DNA from: Trichodesmium erythraeum IMS101
GTDB taxonomy: Bacteria > Cyanobacteriota > Cyanobacteriia > Cyanobacteriales > Microcoleaceae
Direction: 5' to 3'
Length of the DNA stretch: 32,000 nucleotides
Assembly (NCBI RefSeq): GCF_000014265.1
Contig: NC_008312.1
Coordinates: 6,480,001-6,512,000 of the forward strand
This document shows, piece by piece, positions 26,622-32,000 of the stretch; positions within the stretch are counted from its first letter, which is position 1; each line of letters opens with the position of its first letter. The position numbers were made by a program, and so were the translations under genes. A model generated the notes under the pieces. That model had not been told where the DNA came from and did no database searches. It was given only the letters and a program-made list of their open reading frames with translations.

Positions 26622-29042
26622 CTAAGCCAGCTCTTCTGGTTTTTTATTATGTTCAAATTGTTGCCTTTCTCGAAGTTTCAATAGTAAATCCCAATCTTGA
26701 CGTGCTTTAGGAGACCACAACCAATTTTTTTGTAGTTGTAGGACATGAAACTCTTGGCCAGCTTCTCTCATAACTTTACTAGCATATTTAAAAGCTTTAT
26801 CAGGAATTTTTTGTAAATTTTGAGCATATTTAAGGGTAACTAATCCTAGACCTGCATAAGCATTTAGAACTTCTCTATTCTTGACAGATAAATTTCCCAT
26901 GTAGTTATGAGAAACAGGGCTAACATTTTTTATTTCTGGGGCAATTTCTCCAGATAAATGCAACACTTTTAACCAAGCTGCATAGGCTTTTTCTATATCT
27001 CCTTTAGTGTAATAAGCAAAGCCTAAAGCATTTTGATATTGAAGATTTTCTTGGCTCTGGGCAGCAGCTTTTTCCCAATAATTTATAGCTTCATCTATCA
27101 GATTATGTTGATTTCTATCTTGGAATAATTCCCAAGCTAATCGACCTTTAAGAAAATTAATTTCTCGATCTTCACTAAGCTTTTCTGGCACAACAGCTAT
27201 AACTTCTGCTGCTTGAGATAATTCTCCTTCTTCTAATAATGTTTCTACTACCATTTTACCAGCTCGAAGCTCATTTTGATTAAACTGTTGAATTGCCATG
27301 TTCTGTACTTCTGGGGTAGTATTAATTGTCTGATTAACAAGTCTAACTCTGTTGTATTTATATTTGATAGCTGGAGCAGGTGCTTTAGGTAATTCAGCAC
27401 TCATTATTGATTGACGATTATTGAAAACAATGTAGTTAATTCCCAAAAATAATATTATTCCTGAAATTGCATATCCTAATGTTAATAATGTAAATCTTGT
27501 TTGCCAAAGAAACTTATGAGACTTATTTTTAGTCTTTGATGTCGTGAATATTAAATGAGTTGATTCTTCACTACTTTGTGTAGGTGTTATTAAATCTTCT
27601 TGTTTTTCATAGTCTTGATTATTTATTTGCCTTCCTATTTCTTTTTCTGGCAATATATCTTCTTTTTCTGGCAATATATCTTCAAGTGTCATAACTTGAT
27701 ATTTACTGTCTTGAAACTGGAAATTTAAATTATCATTTTTAGCCATAGTAGGATCCTCATCCAGGTTCCCTAAATCAATATCTGGTTGTACGGGATTTAA
27801 ATTTTCTGATAAATTCGGAGTTTCAATTTTTTCATCAATAGACGTCAGGATATCCTCTTGTATTTCATTTTGAGAATCGCTTTGTTTTTCAATTAGATAT
27901 CCACCAAAATCTTGATGTAGATAAACAACAGGCAATGCCCAGTAAAGTTGATGTGAACCATAGGCAGAAATCAAACCTTGTCTTGCCCGATTTAAACTTA
28001 AGTCTATCGGATAACCCTGATTGAGATTACGATAAAACAAACGTGTTAGGATAAGAGAAACTTCATCTGGAATACGTTCTGCCATTGCTAGCACCCCAGG
28101 AATTCCCCGTTTGACCATCGCTTCTGCTAAGTTGAGCTCTATTCCCTCATCAGTAGGTTCAATAAGATGGTTATACGCACCTCGACATGAGTTGAAGATC
28201 GCCATCTGAATGCCATTGTTAACTAGCAAACCTGACAGATCCTTACCACTCAGACTTTCTGCTAAACCTGTTATATTACTCACTAAAGATATTTCACCAC
28301 CCGAAATACCCCAGTTGCTATGACCTGCATAGTGGAAAACTTGATATTTACCTTGTTCTAATGCTTGGGTAAGTTGTTCTCGCCCTGGTTGCCGGAGAAT
28401 GTCTAGGTAAATCTGAGTTGCCCCACTATTTTTTTGCAGTTCTTCTTGTAATACCTTATATTCTTTTTCCAGTTCTAGACTATCCTTATCACTGGGAACC
28501 GCGATCGCCATTAAAATTTTTAATGGTTCTTCAGGTGTTAATATCCGGTTAAGTTTCCGTAAGCAGGTATTAGGTTGATATCGGGAGAAGACAATGTCAG
28601 TACCAGTCGCCAGGGGGCGATCGCCTACATGGAGTACCTCCCAAGGCAAACTAGATAGATATCTGTCTTTAGTACCTAAACGTAACTGTAAAACCTCACC
28701 TCGATTGTGAGCGATTCCTTGGGCACAATTCCAACTATCTCTCAGGCTATCTTTGAATAGTTCTTGATACATTTCTTGGCCTAATGCTACTAAACTTGGA
28801 CTTACTACTTCCCCAGACCTGGACATAATCTGATTAGGGATCACTACCTGAGAGTTGGACTTTTCTTCTAGAAGATCAGTTAATGGATCACGAAATAGTT
28901 GACGGGCTTGAGTTAGCCATTTTTCTACAGGCCATTGGACTATTTCTTCTGCCACTGGGCCTCCAACAGGGACTTTTTCTGTCCGGACAAAATATTCGTC
29001 TTCTCCCAAGGGAGTAATTGAAACATGAAATTCTTGAGTCAC
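26622..29042 (-). CDS. Membrane-anchored CHAT-domain (caspase-like) protease with a C-terminal TPR-like domain. Possible HetF-type protein.
   Basis: 806 aa. The CHAT His/Cys dyad context is VFHYAGHS ... AIFNSCRG. A low-complexity acidic linker is followed by the TM helix FTLLTLGYAISGIILFLGINYIVF, then a TPR-like domain. The architecture matches what is described for HetF, but I could not verify orthology. Confidence 0.8.
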   Translation of the reverse strand: MTQEFHVSITPLGEDEYFVRTEKVPVGGPVAEEIVQWPVEKWLTQARQLFRDPLTDLLEEKSNSQVVIPNQIMSRSGEVVSPSLVALGQEMYQELFKDSLRDSWNCAQGIAHNRGEVLQLRLGTKDRYLSSLPWEVLHVGDRPLATGTDIVFSRYQPNTCLRKLNRILTPEEPLKILMAIAVPSDKDSLELEKEYKVLQEELQKNSGATQIYLDILRQPGREQLTQALEQGKYQVFHYAGHSNWGISGGEISLVSNITGLAESLSGKDLSGLLVNNGIQMAIFNSCRGAYNHLIEPTDEGIELNLAEAMVKRGIPGVLAMAERIPDEVSLILTRLFYRNLNQGYPIDLSLNRARQGLISAYGSHQLYWALPVVYLHQDFGGYLIEKQSDSQNEIQEDILTSIDEKIETPNLSENLNPVQPDIDLGNLDEDPTMAKNDNLNFQFQDSKYQVMTLEDILPEKEDILPEKEIGRQINNQDYEKQEDLITPTQSSEESTHLIFTTSKTKNKSHKFLWQTRFTLLTLGYAISGIILFLGINYIVFNNRQSIMSAELPKAPAPAIKYKYNRVRLVNQTINTTPEVQNMAIQQFNQNELRAGKMVVETLLEEGELSQAAEVIAVVPEKLSEDREINFLKGRLAWELFQDRNQHNLIDEAINYWEKAAAQSQENLQYQNALGFAYYTKGDIEKAYAAWLKVLHLSGEIAPEIKNVSPVSHNYMGNLSVKNREVLNAYAGLGLVTLKYAQNLQKIPDKAFKYASKVMREAGQEFHVLQLQKNWLWSPKARQDWDLLLKLRERQQFEHNKKPEELA
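27641..27682. repeat. Perfect 21-bp tandem duplication inside the CHAT protein linker
   Basis: CTTTTTCTGGCAATATATCTT occurs twice back to back. This encodes the in-frame duplication EDILPEK-EDILPEK on the minus strand. Confidence 0.9.
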
Positions 29043-31381
29043 TTGTTTTCTATCCTTTTACTCAAATTATTTCGTCAAAACTCCCGATCTTCGCTTTTAA
29101 CCGTGAATAAATGGGAAATATTTGACGCGCTTTGGTTTTGGTACTAGTCGGTAGAACCTTCAAGCATTGGTGGTTATAATTTCCCAGGACTATTTGCGCA
29201 ATGAGTTTTAGGATTATTACTTCTACTAACTTGACTGTTGGGATGACTACAGACTTGTTTGTTAGATGAGATAATTTTAATTTTGTTGCCTCTTCATCTA
29301 TATTAATATCTAGGTTTCTGAGGCTTTACAGCAGATTCGAATATAGTGAGAGAATCTTGTTGGTTAACAACTGTGCCTTACACCCTGACCAAACCCGCTG
29401 TATCTTTAGATTTCCTATACAGCTACCTGTTAAATAATTCAGGAGTGCTTTTTGAATAATTTAACTATTCAGCACTAAAATATAGAGTTCCTAAACTAAG
29501 CATAAAACTTAAATTTGGCCAAATGTAATATGCTTTTTAGTTAATAGTTAGGCATTTTGTTATGGGACATGAAACGCGCTAGGGATCTGGAACATTATCA
29601 CCATTTAATAAAAATAATAGCCACGTATCAGGAGTACCTTTAGTTTCATCCCCAACATCTAAAATAGTAGATATTCGGCAGTAAGTAGCAATAGTAATTA
29701 TTAATCAGGTATAGCTGATACCATTCCTGCTTTGATGCACTTAATCAGGACTTACGCAAAGGATATAATTGTAGTATAAATATCTGAATAAATTACAAAA
29801 AATACACTATATATAGCTATATTCTGTAAGTCCTGTTAATATAAAATAATCAGTATAATAGGGCCGATACACAAAATTCTTAATCCCATTGTTATAGTTC
29901 AATGGTATCACTAGATGAAAGATTAATGTATTTTTATCTTCAATGATATTATATATAAAAAGTTTATTTGTTGTCTGCAATATTTACTAAAATTTTTTTC
30001 TGGTTACCATAACCGTATTTTTTAAAAGTTATTAAATCACCTTTTTTCCATTGAGAGAATACTGACTTATCAGTTAATTTTTTTAATCGTGTAAGCTAAA
30101 CCATTATTTTGTTATATCATTGAAAGCTATAAAGCTTCTTTATAAAACAAATACAGCTATTGACATAAGTATAAAAATCTAATGTTGACTTCCTACTGAC
30201 CCTGAAGCGTCGGCAGTTACTCATCCACAAGCATTAAAGAAAAATAGAGTCAATAAACTGCCCTTTCAAGGTTTGGGAAAATAAACATTCGATTCATTTT
30301 CAATCCTGATGCTGAGGGCTGCTAGGTACTACTAACTAATAACAGGACTTTAGTGAAAAAAATGGTAAAAAAAGGTATAAAATATATACATAGCAAGTCT
30401 TTGATATTGATTAGTATAGCTACGAAAGTATAATAAAATTAACAATTCCAGTGGCCATGCCATGGCGTCTAGTTTCTATAAATAGTGCGATCGCACTATT
30501 TAATGTATTTAAGACAAAATCTCAAAAAACTGGTTTGACAAACTATATAGGAGAATTGTTAAGAAAAAGCTTCCAGAAAATCTATCTTAGATATCAAACA
30601 TTACATTCGGTCTGTCATACAAAAAACTACAGCATTTTTTAGTTCAAGCCAACTGTTCAGTAGAGACTGTCAATGAATGTCATTTCCCAGTGATGTGGGA
30701 GTATCATCAAACAAAACCTTCTCAAGTTTATTTATGAATTATAGACAATGTCACAATCTAAAGATCAATAAAAACTGTCAACTTTATGTTTGGATAAAAT
30801 TGGCGACGAGGGAAATTTAACCCTTCAAGCAGTAGAATTGTTTATACATTCTACCCTATTTAACTTTACAATTACTGATTGTAAGCCGGAAAATTACAAA
30901 GTAAAAGTCTAGTTCATTCCTTCTATGGAGTAATTTTGTCTTGGCTGCAAGGCATAAAATACCAATTTTCATCGTCGCAACTTGCATCCATTTATCACTT
31001 TGATATCTTACATTGTTATTTGCCTGACCGAATGCTTCCAAAACCCATAAGGAGCAACAATAGTATCCACTCTCTCATTTTAAATTTTTACGTCCTACCC
31101 CACGAACTTCTCCCTTGTCTGGAGTCTCTCGGCTGAGGTGGAGTTATCTTGGAGGGGTAAAGCTGCTACATAAATCTAATGACTCCATAAATGCTTTCGG
31201 AACCGTTGAATTATATATTTTCCGATACGGAGATGGGCAAAGACAATATAAAGAGCAAAAGTATGTAGACCGTTTCCTTAGCTATCATTTTCCAAATCTG
31301 AATCAGAACATCATTCGCTGGAAAAGTCAATATCTCAACCAAGTCATGCCCTGAAAACTTCTGTCAGCATATTAGTTTGGC

Positions 31382-31738
31382 TCACCTATCCATTGAACAA
31401 CCACAATTTTTCTCTTCCAACCATTGTTCTCCTAACTGTTTGAGAGCTATTATTACTGGTTGTATTTGTAGACCTTTCTCCGTCAGAGAATATTCAACAT
31501 GGGGTGGCACTTCTGGATATGCCCGCCTTGCTAACAAACCATGCTTTTCAAACTCTCTCAGTCTTAACATCAGAGTTTTTGAGCTAATTCCTTGTAAAGC
31601 TTCTAATAATTCATGAGTTCGGCGATCGCCACTTAACAACTCTCGCAAAATCAACACTGACCACTTGCACCCTAATATTCCTAATGCGAACTGAATCGGA
31701 CAACTGTTACTTAAACACGGTACATCTGTCATTTTCAC
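31382..31738 (-). CDS. HxlR-family winged-helix transcriptional regulator
   Basis: 118 aa. CPIQFALGILGCKWSVLILRELLSGDRRTHEL...ISSKTLMLRLREFEKHGLL...VEYSLTEKG is the typical HxlR/MarR-like wHTH pattern. Confidence 0.85.
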   Translation of the reverse strand: MKMTDVPCLSNSCPIQFALGILGCKWSVLILRELLSGDRRTHELLEALQGISSKTLMLRLREFEKHGLLARRAYPEVPPHVEYSLTEKGLQIQPVIIALKQLGEQWLEEKNCGCSMDR

Positions 31739-32000
31739 ATCTAATTTTAAAGTTTCATTTTATTGTAACTCTTAAAAATTAATTTTTCTTTAAAAAGAGC
31801 TTTTTCTACTGAAAAAACACAATTTTTTACTTTCTGTAACTATAGCTAATATCATATCCGGATAATTAGTACTCAAAAAGCATATAATATGATTTATAGT
31901 AAGGTTTGAGCTCTTAATGCCTATGGGGAGCAAGTGCAGCAGCTATATCGTCAACTTCATACAACCAAACCCATTGAAAAGAGCAAAAGACCAAAAATTA

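Noticed and set aside
30451-31616. Five short ORFs (30451-30642, 30856-31041, 30936-31136, 31115-31354, 31377-31616)
   Set aside because: They overlap one another or lie antisense to the HxlR gene. They have no recognisable motifs and several have non-ATG starts. At best they are fragments of decayed genes.

Overview
This window looks like a chromosomal segment from a filamentous, Nostocales-like cyanobacterium. The assignment rests on HIP1 GCGATCGC octamers in core genes, STRR-like short repeats and the cyanobacterial gene content; the taxon is inference only. Recognisable housekeeping genes are an amidase, a KirBac-type K+ channel, a Gfo/Idh/MocA oxidoreductase, grxC-gshB, hflX, ppsA, ddl and an HxlR regulator. 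Coding density is unusually low. The ORFs I accept sum to about 17-18 kb of 32 kb, with several 0.7-2.3 kb AT-rich spacers and at least two decayed IS elements (IS701-like at the left edge, IS1-like at 17.97-18.84 kb). This pattern suggests an eroding genome.

The most interesting locus is at the window centre, about 15.2-19.1 kb. It is an AT-rich, HIP1-free accessory islet bracketed by roughly 90-bp imperfect direct repeats, and it contains:
- a 50-codon C-terminal remnant of an AAA+ ATPase, abutting head-to-head a 5'-truncated, 3'-frameshifted AIPR (abortive-infection family) gene;
- a 108-bp nested inverted-repeat element;
- an apparently intact PIN-like (DUF4935-type) gene;
- an IS1 copy whose transposase frame is broken only by two in-frame TAG codons.

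The AIPR + PIN-like pair is my best candidate for an undescribed defence-type module, although this copy appears partly decayed. Two further points of interest are an LRAT/NlpC-P60-type protein with a PspA/IM30-like coiled-coil tail, and a membrane-anchored CHAT (caspase-like, possibly HetF-type) protease next to a stand-alone paralogue of its own C-terminal TM + TPR-like domain. I found no rRNA, tRNA or CRISPR array.
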